In this document: positions 31,681-51,023 of the stretch, in pieces
Layout of the letters: every line of letters starts with the position of its first letter
Position numbering within the stretch: position 1 is the stretch's first letter
NCBI RefSeq assembly: GCF_009914755.1
Contig: NC_060948.1
DNA length: 64,000 nt
Strand: one strand, 5' to 3'
Origin: the human T2T-CHM13v2.0 reference genome, Homo sapiens
The notes under the pieces: generated by a model
Told to the model about the DNA's origin: nothing
What the model saw: the letters and a program-made list of their open reading frames with translations, nothing else
Databases searched by the model: none
Made by a program: the position numbers and the translations under genes

Positions 31681-33808
31681 AGATCCATATTTTTTAAATG
31701 AAAAAAAATTTCAAAGGTACTCTGCTTGGTACAATAATCAAATGTATAAACTGAGGAATAAAACATAACCATGAAACCTACTTATAACTGCATATGGAAA
31801 ATACAGAGGATAATTTTTTAAATAACATATTTTGAAAGCCTTAACTAGTAATTTGAAGAGTTGGCATTTGAAAGGCCAGTATGAATATACCTTCAAAGCA
31901 GCAACCCAGGTTCCCCATGAGAAAAAGCAAACACAGGGGAAATAAAAACACAAATGTTCAATCTCTTCTGACCTTTGAAAGACACAGCACAGACAGTGGT
32001 CCTTAGGACGAAGAGCAGGAGACCCCTAATTCCGTCACCATGGCGATAGGGCATAAACATTGCTGGGTGAGGGCACAATCCACATTGTGAGGTCCAACTG
32101 CTGCCAGGAAGACAGGAGTGCTTTTACATAGACCGAAAGGTCATTGAAGGCTCAGAGTTTTGTTTCAAGAACTGAATCCCAAGCCCACACGTTATTAGGC
32201 TGCGCTTCTTAAAACAAGTTATGAGATGGGAAAAAGGGCACCCACAAACATACGTATACATTATGTATATAATAATATACAGTATCATATATATAATATA
32301 TATAACCTATGTATAATATTGTTTTACATCCTGCATCTTATGTTATATATATTGTATAAAATATAATAATTGATAATATATAAGTTTTATAATTATACAA
32401 TATGACATATAGTATATATTATAATTTATGACATATATAATATATGTTATATATCATATATAGAATATATTATACGGTTAATATACGTATTAAATATAAA
32501 TTATACATTATATATATTATATATAATATATCTGTTATATATAATACCCATTATGCATAATATATATGTTATGTCTATGTTATATATAGTATAAAACAAC
32601 ATATAATAATATATAATTGTACATATAAAATGTGACATATAATATATATTATATTTTATAACATATGTAATATATATTATATATTATATATAATACGTTG
32701 TATGTATAATACCTATATTAAATATATATTATATGACTATGTTATTAATTACATGTCACATGTGTTATATATTATATATTTTACATAGAATATACCGGTT
32801 ACATACAATATATACTATGTTACCTATAATGTATAATTTATTACATGTAAAATAAAGAATGCAATATATTATGTATAATTTATAATATACAATATGTGGA
32901 ATGTGATATATATAACATATAATATATGATATATGATATACAGTATATGATATATAACATACAATATATGATTCCTAATATATATGGTATACAATATATA
33001 TTTTATGATATGTATTCTATATGTTTTATATTCTGTTATATATAACTATTTGAAATTATATATAACTGTATAATATTTTATATAAATATGTAATATAATA
33101 TATATAACTATATAATATATTATATATAACTATATATTATGTTATATATACTTTTATAACATAATTTACATAAAATATCATAATATAATATATATTATAT
33201 TATTTCATATTACATAATATATATTACATATCACCCAATATAACTAACATACATAATATTATAATATAGATTATATTGTGTTATATTAAATATCATATAT
33301 ATCATGTATCATATATTCTATAATATATATTACACATTATATCATATGTATGTTGTCTATTATGTGATATATATAACTCTATATATAATTATATTTTTAT
33401 ACATATAACTAGATAAACATGTAATTCTACATATTTTCATTTATAATATGTAGAATTATATAATCATATATAATTATTTATATTCTATAAAAAATTTTAT
33501 CATTATATAAATTATAATATATAAAAATTATAATATGTACTACAAATATATATATTATATATCATATATGATATAGTACCTTTGTTATATATCATAATAC
33601 ATATAAATGTGTATTATGTTATATATAATTATATAATTTCATATATAAGATGTATAATATGTATCATATATTATATATGTTATGTAATATATACAGTATA
33701 TATAAGATGACACAGGATAAATATTATATACTATGACATATAAAATATATGAGGTTATATGTTACATATAAGGCATAGCACATAACATGTAATATATATC
33801 ATATATAA

Positions 33809-34100
33809 TTTTTTTTTAGACAGAATCTTGTCCTGTTGCACAAGGTGGGGTACAATGGCGCCATCTTTGCTCACTGCAACTTCTGCCTCACGGGTCCAAG
33901 CGATTGTCCTCCCTCAGCCTCCCAGGTAGCTGGGACTACACCACACTGGGACTACACCAGCTGCCACCATGCCTAGCTAATTTTTTGGATTTTTAGTAGT
34001 GACAGCGTTTCACTGTATTGGCCAGGATGGTCTTGATCTCTTCACCTTGTGATCCCCTTGCCTTGGCCTCCAAATTTGCTGGGATTACAGGCCTGAGCCA
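33809..34100 (-). mobile_element. Alu remnant, U15
   Basis: Same Alu motifs at unit periodicity. Confidence 0.9.
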
Positions 34101-36221
34101 AGATCCATATTTTTTAAATGAAAAAAAATTTCAAAGGTACTCTGCTTGGTACAATAATCAAATGTATAAACTGAGGAATAAAACATAACCATGAAACCTA
34201 CTTATAACTGCATATGGAAAATACAGAGGATAATTTTTTAAATAACATATTTTGAAAGCCTTAACTAGTAATTTGAAGAGTTGGCATTTGAAAGGCCAGT
34301 ATGAATATACCTTCAAAGCAGCAACACAGGTTCCCCATGAGAAAAAGCAAACACAGGGGAAATAAAAACACAAAGGTTCAATCTCTTCTGACCTTTGAAA
34401 GACACAGCACAGACAGTGGTCCTTAGGACGAAGAGCAGGAGACCCCTAATTCCGTCACCATGGCGATAGGGCATAAACATTGCTGGGTGAGGGCACAATC
34501 CACATTGTGAGGTCCAACTGCTGCCAGGAAGACAGGAGTGCTTTTACATAGACCGAAAGGTCATTGAAGGCTCAGAGTTTTGTTTCAAGAACTGAATCCC
34601 AAGCCCACACGTTATTAGGCTGCGCTTCTTAAAACAAGTTATGAGATGGGAAAAAGGGCACCCACAAACATACGTATACATTATGTATATAACAATATAC
34701 AGTATCATATATATAATATATATAACCTATGTATAATATTGTTTTACATCCTGCATCTTATGTTATATATATTGTATAAAATATAATAATTGATAATATA
34801 TAAGTTTTATAATTATACAATATGACATATAGTATATATTATAATTTATGACATATATAATATATGTTATATATCATATATAGAATATATTATACGGTTA
34901 ATATACGTATTAAATATAAATTATACATTATATATATTATATGTAATATATCTGTTATATATAATACCCATTATGCATAATATATATATTATGTCTATGT
35001 TATATATAGTATAAAACAACATATAATAATATATAATTGTATATATAAAATGAGACATATAATATATATTATATTTTATAACATATGTAATATATATTAT
35101 ATATAATACGTTGTATGTATAATACCTATATTAAATATATATTATATGACTATGTTATTAATTACATGTCACATGTGTTATATATTATATATTTTACATA
35201 GAATATACCGGTTACATACAATATATACTATGTTACCTATAATGTATAATTTATTACATGTAAAATAAAGAATGCAATATATTATGTAAAATTTATAACA
35301 TACAATATGTGGAATGTGATATATATAACATATAATATATGATATATGATATACAGTATATGATATATAACATACAATATATGATTCCTAATATATATGG
35401 TATACAATATATATTTTATGATATGTATTCTATATGTTTTATATTCTGTTATATATAACTATTTGAAATTACATATAACTGTATAATATTTTATGTAAAT
35501 ATGTAATATAATATATATAACTATATAATATATTATATATAACTATATATTATGTTATATATACTTTTATAACATAATTTACATAAAATATCATAATATA
35601 ATATATATTATATTATTTCATATTACATAATATATATTACATATCACCCAATATAACTAACATACATAATATTATAATATAGATTATATTATGTTATATT
35701 AAATATCATATATATCATGTATCATATATTCTATAATATATATTACACATTATATAATATGTATGTTGTCTATTATGTGATATATATAACTATATATATA
35801 ATTATATATTTATACATATAACTAGATAAACATGTAATTCTACATATTTTCATTTATAATATGTAGAATTATATAATCATATATAATTATTTATATTCTA
35901 TAAAAAATTTTATCATTATATAAATTATAATATATAAAAATTATAATATGTACTACAAATATATATATTATATATCATATATGATATAGTACCTTTGTTA
36001 TATATCATAATACATATAAATGTGTATTATGTTATCTATAATTATATAATTTCATATATAAGATGTATAATATGTATCATATATTATATATGTTATGTAA
36101 TATATACAGTATATATAAGATGACACAGGATAAATATTATATACTATGACATATAAAATATATGAGGTTATATGTTACATATAAGGCATAGCACATAACA
36201 TGTAATATATATCATATATAA

Positions 36222-36513
36222 TTTTTTTTTAGACAGAATCTTGTCCTGTTGCACAGGGTGGGGTACAATGGCGCCATCTTTGCTCACTGCAACTTCTGCC
36301 TCACGGGTCAAAGCGATTGTCCTCCCTCAGCCTCCCAGGTAGCTGGGACTACACCACACTGGGACTACACCAGCTGCCACCATGCCTAGCTAATTTTTTG
36401 GATTTTTAGTAGTGACAGCGTTTCACTGTATTGGCCAGGATGGTCTTGATCTCTTCACCTTGTGATCCCCTTGCCTTGGCCTCCAAATTTGCTGGGATTA
36501 CAGGCCTGAGCCA
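36222..36513 (-). mobile_element. Alu remnant, U16
   Basis: Same Alu motifs at unit periodicity. Confidence 0.9.
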
Positions 36514-38616
36514 AGATCCATATTTTTTAAATGAAAAAAAATTTCCAAGGTACTCTGCTTGGTACAATAATCAAATGTATAAACTGAGGAATAAAACATA
36601 ACCATGAAACCTACTTATAACTGCATATGGAAAATACAGAGGATAATTTTTTAAATAACATATTTTGAAAGCCTTAACTAGTAATTTGAAGAGTTGGCAT
36701 TTGAAAGGCCAGTATGAATATACCTTCAAAGCAGCAACACAGGTTCCCCATGAGAAAAAGCAAACACAGGGGAAATAAAAACACAAATGTTCAATCTCTT
36801 CTGACCTTTGAAAGACACAGCACAGACAGTGGTCCTTAGGACGAAGAGCAGGAGACCCCTAATTCCGTCACCATGGCGATAGGGCATAAACATTGCTGGG
36901 TGAGGGCACAATCCACATTGTGAGGTCCAACTGCTGCCAGGAAGACAGGAGTGCTTTTACATAGACCGAAAGGTCATTGAAGGCTCAGAGTTTTGTTTCA
37001 AGAACTGAATCCCAAGCCCACACGTTATTAGGCTGCGCTTCTTAAAACAAGTTATGAGATGGGAAAAAGGGCACCCACAAACATACGTATACATTATGTA
37101 TATAATAATATACAGTATCATATATATAATATATATAACCTATGTATAATATTGTTTTACATCCTGCATCTTATGTTATATATATTGTATAAAATATAAT
37201 AATTGATAATATATAAGTTTTATAATTATACAATATGACATATAGTATATATTATAATTTATGACATATATAATATATGTTATATATCATATATAGAATA
37301 TATTATACGGTTAATATACGTATTAAATATAAATTATACATTATATATATTATATATAATATATCTGTTATATATAATACCCATTATGCATAATATATAT
37401 GTTATGTCTATGTTATATATAGTATAAAACAACATATAATAATATATAATTGTACATATAAAATGTGACATATAATATATATTATATTTTATAACATATG
37501 TAATATATATTATATATTATATATAATACGTTGTATGTATAATACCTATATTAAATATATATTATATGACTATGTTATTAATTACATGTCACATGTGTTA
37601 TATATTATATATTTTACATAGAATATACCGGTTACATACAATATATACTATGTTACCTATAATGTATAATTTATTACATGTAAAATAAAGAATGCAATAT
37701 ATTATGTATAATTTATAATATACAATATGTGGAATGTGATATATATAACATATAATATATGATATATGATATACAGTATATGATATATAACATACAATAT
37801 ATGATTCCTAATATATATGGTATACAATATATATTTTATGATATGTATTCTATATGTTTTATATTCTGTTATATATAACTATTTGAAATTATATATAACT
37901 GTATAATATTTTATGTAAATATGTAATATAATATATATAACTATATAATATATTATATATAACTATATATTGTTATATATACTTTTATAACATAATTTAC
38001 ATAAAATATCATAATATAATATATATTATATTATTTCATATTACATAATATATATTACATATCACCCAATATAACTAACATACATAATATTATAATATAG
38101 ATTATATTGTGTTATATTAAATATCATATATATCATGTATCATATATTCTATAATATATATTACACATTATATAATATGTATGTTGTCTATTATGTGATA
38201 TATATAACTCTATATATAATTATATTTTTATACATATAACTAGATAAACATGTAATTCTACATATTTTCATTTATAATATGTAGAATTATATAATCATAT
38301 ATAATTATTTATATTCTATAAAAAATTTTATCATTATATAAATTATAATATATAAAAATTATAATATGTACTACAAATATATATATTATATATCATATAT
38401 GATATAGTACCTTTGTTATATATCATAATACATATAAATGTGTATTATGTTATATATAATTATATAATTTCATATATAAGATGTATAATATGTATCATAT
38501 ATTATATATGTTATGTAATATATACAGTATATATAAGATGACACAGGATAAATATTATATACTATGACATATAAAATATATGAGGTTATATGTTACATAT
38601 AAGGCATAGCACATAA

Positions 38617-38931
<315 letters not shown>

Positions 38932-41049
38932 AGATCCATATTTTTTAAATGAAAAAAAATTTCAAAGGTACTCTGCTTGGTACAATAATCAAATGTATAA
39001 ACTGAGGAATAAAACATAACCATGAAACCTACTTATAACTGCATATGGAAAATACAGAGGATAATTTTTTAAATAACATATTTTGAAAGCCTTAACTAGT
39101 AATTTGAAGAGTTGGCATTTGAAAGGCCAGTATGAATATACCTTCAAAGCAGCAACACAGGTTCCCCATGAGAAAAAGCAAACACAGGGAAAATAAAACC
39201 ACAAAGGTTCAATCTCTTCTGACCTTTGAAAGACACAGCACAGACAGTGGTCCTTAGGACGAAGAGCAGGAGACCCCTAATTCCGTCACCATGGCGATAG
39301 GGCATAAACATTGCTGGGTGAGGGCACAATCCACATTGTGAGGTCCAACTGCTGCCAGGAAGACAGGAGTGCTTTTACATAGACCGAAAGGTCATTGAAG
39401 GCTCAGAGTTTTGTTTCAAGAACTGAATCCCAAGCCCACACGTTATTAGGCTGCGCTTCTTAAAACAAGTTATGAGATGGGAAAAAGGGCACCCACAAAC
39501 ATACGTATACATTATGTATATAATAATATACAGTATCATATATATAATATATATAACCTATGTATAATATTGTTTTACATCCTGCATCTTATGTTATATA
39601 TATTGTATAAAATATAATAATTGATAATATATAAGTTTTATAATTATACAATACGACATATAGTATATATTATAATTTATGACATATATAATATATGTTA
39701 TATATCATATATAGAATATATTATACGGTTAATATACGTATTAAATTTAAATTATACATTATATATATTATATATAATATATCTGTTATATATAATACCC
39801 ATTATGCATAATATATATATTATGTCTATGTTATATATAGTATAAAACAACATATAATAATATATAATTGTATATATAAAATGCGACATATAATATATAT
39901 TATATATTATAACATATGTAATATATATTATATATAATACGTTGTATGTATAATACCTATATTAAATATATATTATATGACTATGTTATTAATTACATGT
40001 CACATGTGTTATATATTATATATTTTACATAGAATATACCGGTTATATACAATATATACTATGTTACCTATAATGTATAATTTATTGCATGTAAAATAAA
40101 GAATGCAATATATTATGTATAATTTATAATATACAATATGTGGAATGTGATATATATTACATATAATATATGATATATGATATACAGTATATGATATATA
40201 ACATACAATATATGATTCCTAATACATATGGTATACAATATATATTTTATGATATGTATTCTATATGTTTTATATTCTGTTATATATAACTATTTGAAAT
40301 TATACATAACTGTATAATATTTTATGTAAATATGTAATATAATATATATAACTATATAATATATTATACATAACTATATATTATGTTATATATACTTTTA
40401 TAACATAATTTAAATAAAATACCATAATATAATATATATTATATTATTTCATATTACATAATATATATTACATATCACCCAATATAAGTAACATACATAT
40501 TATAATATAGATTATATTATGTTATATTAAATATCATATATATCATGAATCATATATTCTATAATATATATTACACATTATATAATATGTATGTTGTCTA
40601 TTATGTGATATATATAACTCTATATATAATTATATTTTTATGCATATAACTAGATAAACATGTAATTCTACATATTTTCATTTATAATATGTAGAATTAT
40701 ATAATCATATATAATTATTTATATTCTATAAAAAATTTTATCATTATATAAATTATAATATATAAAAATCAATATATGTACTACAAATATATATATTATA
40801 TATCATATATGATATAGTACCTTTGTTATATATCATAATACATATAAATGTGTATTATGTTATCTATAATTATATAATTTCATATATAAGATGTATAATA
40901 TGTATCATATATTATATATGTTATGTAATATATATAGTATATATAAGATCACACAGGATAAATATTATATACTATGACATATAAAATATATGAGGTTATA
41001 TGTTACATATAAGGCATAGCACATAACATGTAATATATATCATATATAA

Positions 41050-41341
41050 TTTTTTTTTAGACAGAATCTTGTCCTGTTGCACAGGGTGGGGTACAATGGC
41101 GCCATCTTTGCTCACTGCAACTTCTGCCTCACAGGTCCAAGCGATTGTCCTCCCTCAGCCTCCCAGGTAGCTGGGAATACACCACACTGGGACTACACCA
41201 GCTGCCACCATGCCTAGCTAATTTTTTGGATTTTTAGTAGTGACAGCGTTTCACTGTATTGGCCAGGATGGTCTTGATCTCTTCACCTTGTGATCCCCTT
41301 GCCTTGGCCTCCAAATTTGCTGGGATTACAGGCCTGAGCCA
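41050..41341 (-). mobile_element. Alu remnant, U18
   Basis: Same Alu motifs at unit periodicity. Confidence 0.9.
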
Positions 41342-43471
41342 AGATCCATATTTTTTAAATGAAAAAAAATTTCAAAGGTACTCTGCTTGGTACAATAATC
41401 AAATGTATAAACTGAGGAATAAAACATAACCATGAAACCTACTTATAACTGCATATGGAAAATACAGAGGATAATTTTTTAAATAACATATTTTGAAAGC
41501 CTTAACTAGTAATTTGAAGAGTTGGCATTTGAAAGGCCAGTATGAATATACCTTCAAAGCAGCAACACAGGTTCCCCATGAGAAAAAGCAAACACAGGGA
41601 AAATAAAAACACAAAGGTTCAATCTCTTCTGACCTTTGAAAGACACAGCACAGACAGTGGTCCTTAGGACGAAGAGCAGGAGAACCCTAATTCCGTCACC
41701 ATGGCGATAGGGCATAAACATTGCTGGGTGAGGGCACAATCCACATTGTGAGGTCCAACTGCTGCCAGGAAGACAGGAGTGCTTTTACATAGACCGAAAG
41801 GTCATTGAAGGCTCAGAGTTTTGTTTCAAGAACTGAATCCCAAGCCCACACGTTATTAGGCTGCGCTTCCTAAAACAAGTTATGAGATGGGAAAAAGGGC
41901 ACCCACAAACATACGTATACATTATGTATATAATAATATACAGTATCATATATATAATATATATAACCTATGTATAATATTGTTTTACATCCTGCATCTT
42001 ATGTTATATATATTGTATAAAATATAATAATTAATAATATATAAGTTTTATAATTATACAATATGACATATAGTATATAGTATAATTTATGACATATATA
42101 ATATATGTTATATATCATATATAGAATATATTATACGGTTAATATACGTATTAAATATAAATTATACATTATATATATTATATATAATATATCTGTTATA
42201 TATAATACCCATTATGCATAATATATATATTATGTCTATGTTATATATAGTATAAAACAACATCTAATAATATATAATTGTATATATAAAATGCGACATA
42301 TAATATATATTATATTTTATGACATATGTAATATATATTATATATTATATATAATACGTTGTATGTATAATACCTATATTAAATATATATTATATGACTA
42401 TGTTATTAATTACATGTCACATGTGTTATATATTATATATTTTACATAGAATATACCGGTTACATACAATATATACTATGTTACCTATAATGTATAATTT
42501 ATTACATGTAAAATAAAGAATGCAATATATTATGTATAATTTATAATATACAATATGTGGAATGTGATATATATAACATATAATATATGATATATGATAT
42601 ACAGTATATGATATATAACATACAATATATGATACCTAGTATATATGGTATACAATATATATTTTATGATATGTATTCTATATGTTATATATTCTGTTAT
42701 ATATAACTGTTTGAAATTATATATAACTGTATAATATTTTATGTAAATATGTAATATAATATATATAACTATATAATATATTATATATAACTATATATTA
42801 TGTTATATATACTTTTATATCATAATTTACATAAAATGTCATAATATAATATATAATATATTATTTCATATTACATAATATATATTACATATCACCCAAT
42901 ATAATTAACATACATAATATTATAATATAGATTATATTATGTTATATTAAATATCATATATATCATGTATCATATATTCTATAATATATATTATACATTA
43001 TATAATATGTATGTTGTCTATTATGTGATATATATAACTATATATATATAATTATATTATTATACATATAACTAGATAAACATGTAATTCGATATATTTT
43101 CATTTATAATATATAGAATTATATAATCATATATAATTATTTATATTCTATAAAAAATTATATCATTATATAAATTAAAATATATAAAAATTATAACATG
43201 TACTACAAATATATATATTATATATCATATATGATATAGCACCTTTGTTATATATCATAATACATACAAATGTGTATTATGTTATCTATAATTTTAAAAT
43301 TCTATATATAAGATGTATAATATGTATTATATATTATATATGTTATGTAATATATATACTATATATAAGATGACACAGGATAAATATTATATACTATGAC
43401 ATATAAAATATATGAGGTTATATGTTACGTATAAGGCATAGCACATAACACGTAATATATATCATATATAA

Positions 43472-43763
<292 letters not shown>

Positions 43764-45891
43764 AGATCCATATTTTTTAAAAGAAAAAAAATTTCAAAGG
43801 TACTCTGCTTGGTACAATAATCAAATGTATAAACTGAGGAATAAAACATAACCATGAAACCTACTTATAACTGTATACGGAAAATACAGAGGATAATTTT
43901 TTAAATAACATATTTTGAAAGCCTTAACTAGTAATTTGAAGAGTTGGCATTTGAAAGGCCAGTTTGAATATACCTTCAAAGCATCAACACAGGTTCCCCA
44001 TGAGAAAAAGCAAACTCAGGGAAAATAAAACCACAAAGGTTCAATCTCTTCTGACCTTTGAAAGACACAGCACAGACAGTGGTCCTTAGGACGAAGAGCA
44101 GGAGACCCCTAATTCCGTCACCATGGCGATAGGGCATAAACATTGCTGGGTGAGGGCACAATCCACATTGTGAGGTCCAACTGCTGCCAGGAAGACAGGA
44201 GTGCTTTTACATAGACCGAAAGGTCATTGAAGGCTCAGAGTTTTGTTTCAAGAACTGAATCCCAAGCCCACACGTTATTAGGCTGCGCTTCTTAAAACAA
44301 GTTATGAGATGGGAAAAAGGGCACCCACAAACATTCGTATACATTATTTATATAATAATATACAGTATCATATATATAATATATATAACCTATGTATAAT
44401 ATTGTTTTACATCCTGCATCTTATAATATATATATTGTATAAAATATAATAATTGATAATATATAAGTTTTATATTTATACAATATGACATATAGTATAT
44501 ATTATAATTTATGACATATATAATATATGTTATATATCATATATAGAATATATTATACGGTTAATATACGTATTAAATATAAATTATACATTGTATATAT
44601 TATATATTATATATCTGTTATATATAATACCCATTATGCATAATATATATGTTATGTCTATGTTATATATAGTATAAAACAACATATAATAATATATAAT
44701 TGTATATATAAAATGCGACATATAATATATATTATATTTTGTGACATATGTAATATATATTATATAGTATATATAATACGTTGTATGTATAATACCTATA
44801 TTAAATATATATTATATGACTATGTTATTAATTACATGTCACATATGTTATATATTATATATTTTACATAGAATATACCGGTTACATACAATATATACTA
44901 TGTTACCTATAATGTATAATTGATTACTTGTAAAATAAAGAATGCAATATATTATGTATAATTTATAATATACAATATGTGGAATGTGATATATATAACA
45001 TATAATGTATGATATAAGATATACAGTATATGATATATAACATACAATATATGATACCTAATATATATGGTATACAATTTATATTTTATGATATGTATTC
45101 TATATGTTTTATATTCTGTTATATATAACTATTTGAAATTATATATAACTGTATAATATTTTATGTAAATATGTAATATAATATTTATAACCATATAATA
45201 TATTATATATAACTATATATTATGTTTTATATACTTTTATAACATAATTTACATAAAATATCATAATATAATATATATTATATTATTTCATATTACATAA
45301 TATATATTACATATCACCCAATATAATTAACATACATAATATTATAATATAGATTATATTATGTTATATTAAATATCATATATATCATGTATCATATATT
45401 CTATAATATATATTATACATTATATAATATGTATGTTGTCTATTATGTGATATATATAACTATATATATAATTATATTATTATACATATAACTAGATAAA
45501 CATGTAATTCGACATATTTTCATTTATAATATATAGAATTATATAATCATATATAATTATTTATATTCTATAAAAAATTATATCATTATAAAAATTATAA
45601 TATATAAAAATTATAACATGTACTACAAATATATATATTATATATCATATATGATATAGCACCTTTGTTATATATCATAATACATACAAATGTGTATTAT
45701 GTTATCTATAATTGTAAAATTTCATATATAAGATGTATAATGTGTATTATATATTATATATGTTATGTAATATATGTAGTATATATAAGATGACACAGGA
45801 TAAATATTATATACTATGACATATAAAATATATGAGGTTATATGTTACGTATAAGGCATAGCACATAACACGTAATATATATCATATATAA

Positions 45892-46183
<292 letters not shown>

Positions 46184-48311
46184 AGATCCATATTTTTTAA
46201 AAGAAAAAAAATTTCAAAGGTACTCTGCTTGGCACAATAATCAAATGTATAAACTGAGGAATAAAACATAACCATGAAACATACTTATAACTGTATACGG
46301 AAAATACAGAGGATAATTTTTTAAATAACATATTTTGAAAGCCTTAACTAGTAATTTGAAGAGTTGGCATTTGAAAGGCCAGTATGAATATACCTTCAAA
46401 GCAGCAACACAGGTTCCCCATGAGAAAAAGCAAACTCAGGGAAAATAAAACCACAAAGGTTCAATCTCTTCTGACCTTTGAAAGACACAGCACAGACAGT
46501 GGTCCTTAGGACGAAGAGCAGGAGACCCCTAATTCCGTCACCATGGCGATAGGGCATAAACATTGCTGGGTGAGGGCACAATCCACATTGTGAGGTCCAA
46601 CTGCTGCCAGGAAGACAGGAGTGCTTTTACATAGACCGAAAGGTCATTGAAGGCTCAGAGTTTTGTTTCAAGAACTGAATCCCAAGCCCACACGTTATTA
46701 GGCTGCGCTTCTTAAAACAAGTTATGAGATGGGAAAAAGGGCACCCACAAACATACGTATACATTATGTATATAATAATATACAGTATCATATATATAAT
46801 ATATATAACCTATGTATAATATTGTTTTACATCCTGCATCTTATAATATATATATTGTATAAAATATAATAATTGATAATATATAAGTTTTATATTTATA
46901 CAATATGACATATAGTATATATTATAATTTATGACATATATAATATATGTTATATATCATATATAGAATATATTATACGGTTAATATACGTATTAAATAT
47001 AAATTATACTTTATGTATATTATATATAATATATCTGTTATATAAAATACCCATTATGCATAATATATATGTTATGTCTATGTTATATATAGTATAAAAC
47101 AACATATAATAATATATAATTGTATATATAAAATGCGACATATAATATATATTATATTTTGTGACATATGTAAAATATATTATATATTATATATAATACG
47201 TTGTATGTATAATACCTATATTAAATATATATTATATGACTATGTTATTAATTACATGTCACATATGTTATATATTATATATTTTACATAGAATATACCG
47301 GTTACATACAATATATACTATGTTACCTATAATGTATAATTGATTACATGTAAAATAAAGAATGCAATATATTATGTATAATTTATAATATACAATATGT
47401 GGAATGTGATATATATAACATATAATGTATGATATAAGATATACAGTATATGATATATAACATACAATATATGATACCTAATATATATGGTATACAATAT
47501 ATATTTTATGATATGTATTCTATATGTTTTATATTCTGTTATATATAACTATTTGAAATTATATATAACTGTATAATATTTTATGTAAATATGTAATATA
47601 ATATTTATAACCATATAATATATTATATATAACTATATATTATGTTATATATACTTTTATAACATAATTTACATAAAATATCATAATATAATATATTTTA
47701 TATTATTTCATATTACATAATATATATTACATATCACCCAATATAATTAACATACATAATATTATAATATAGATTATATTATGTTATATTAAATATCATA
47801 TATATCATGTATCATATATTCTATAATATATATTATACATTATATAATATGTATGTTGTCTATTATGTGATATATATAACTATATATATAATTATATTAT
47901 TATACATATAACTAGATAAACATGTAATTCGACATATTTTCATTTATAATATATAGAATTATATAATCATATATAATTATTTATATTCTATAAAAAATTA
48001 TATCATTATATAAATTATAATATATAAAAATTATAACATGTACTACAAATATATATATTATATATCATATATGATATAGCACCTTTGTTATATATCATAA
48101 TACATACAAATGTGTATTATGTTATCTATAATTGTAAAATTTCATATATAAGATGTATAATGTGTATTATATATTATATATGTTATGTAATATATGTAGT
48201 ATATATAAGATGACACAGGATAAATATTATATACTATGACATATAAAATATATGAGGTTATATGTTACGTATAAGGCATAGCACATAACACGTAATATAT
48301 ATCATATATAA

Positions 48312-48603
<292 letters not shown>

Positions 48604-50731
48604 AGATCCATATTTTTTAAAAGAAAAAAAATTTCAAAGGTACTCTGCTTGGTACAATAATCAAATGTATAAACTGAGGAATAAAACATAACCATGAAAC
48701 CTACTTATAACTGTATACGGAAAATACAGAGGATAATTTTTTAAATAACATATTTTGAAAGCCTTAACTAGTAATTTGAAGAGTTGGCATTTGAAAGGCC
48801 AGTATGAATATACCTTCAAAGCAGCAACACAGGTTCCCCATGAGAAAAAGCAAACTCAGGGAAAATAAAACCACAAAGGTTCAATCTCTTCTGACCTTTG
48901 AAAGACACAGCACAGACAGTGGTCCTTAGGACGAAGAGCAGGAGACCCCTAATTCCGTCACCATGGCGATAGGGCATAAACATTGCTGGGTGAGGGCACA
49001 ATCCACATTGTGAGGTCCAACTGCTGCCAGGAAGACAGGAGTGCTTTTACATAGACCGAAAGGTCATTGAAGGCTCAGAGTTTTGTTTCAAGAACTGAAT
49101 CCCAAGCCCACACGTTATTAGGCTGCGCTTCTTAAAACAAGTTATGAGATGGGAAAAAGGGCACCCACAAACATACGTATACATTATGTATATAATAATA
49201 TACAGTATCATATATATAATATATATAACCTATGTATAATATTGTTTTACATCCTGCATCTTATAATATATATATTGTATAAAATATAATAATTGATAAT
49301 ATATAAGTTTTATATTTATACAATATGACATATAGTATATATTATAATTTATGACATATATAATATATGTTATATATCATATATAGAATATATTATACGG
49401 TTAATATACGTATTAAATATAAATTATACTTTATATATATTATATATAATATATCTGTTATATAAAATACCCATTATGCATAATATATATGTTATGTCTA
49501 TGTTATATATAGTATAAAACAACATATAATAATATATAATTGTATATATAAAATGCGACATATAATATATATTATATTTTGTGACATATGTAATATATAT
49601 TATATATTATATATAATACGTTGTATGTATAATACCTATATTAAATATATATTGTATGACTATGTTATTAATTACATGTCACATATGTTATATATTATAT
49701 ATTTTACATAGAATATACCGGTTACCTACAATATATACTATGTTACCTATAATGTATAATTTATTACATGTAAAATAAAGAATGCAATATATTATGTATA
49801 ATTTATAATATACAATATGTGGAATGTGATATATATAACAAATAATATATGATATAAGATATACAGTATATGATATATAACATACAATATATGATACCTA
49901 ATATATATGGTATACAATATATATTTTATGATATGTATTCTATATGTTTTATTTTCTGTTATATATAACTATTTGAAATTATATATAACTGTATAATATT
50001 TTATGTAAATATGTAATATAATATATATAACCATATAATATATTATATATAACTATATATTATGTTATATATACTTTTATAACATAATTTACATAAAATA
50101 TCATAATATAATATATATTATATTATTTCATATTACATAATATATATTACATATCACCCAATATAATTAACATACATAATATTATAATATAGATTATATT
50201 ATGTTATATTAAATATCATATATATCATGTATCATATATTCTATAATATATATTATACATTATATAATATGTATGTTGTCTATTATGTGATATATATAAC
50301 TATATATATAATTATATTATTATACATATAACTAGATAAACATGTAATTTGACATATTTTCATTTATAATATATAGAATTATATAATCATATATAATTAT
50401 TTATATTCTATAAAAAATTATATCATTATATAAATTATAATATATAAAAATTATAACATGTACTACAAATATATATATTATATATCATATATGATATAGC
50501 ACCTTTGTTATATATCATAATACATACAAATGTGTATTATGTTATCTATAATTGTAAAATTTCATATATAAGATGTATAATGTGTATTATATATTATATA
50601 TGTTATGTAATATATGTAGTATATATAAGATGACACAGGATAAATATTATATACTATGACATATAAAATATATGAGGTTATATGTTACGTATAAGGCATA
50701 GCACATAACACGTAATATATATCATATATAA

Positions 50732-51023
<292 letters not shown>
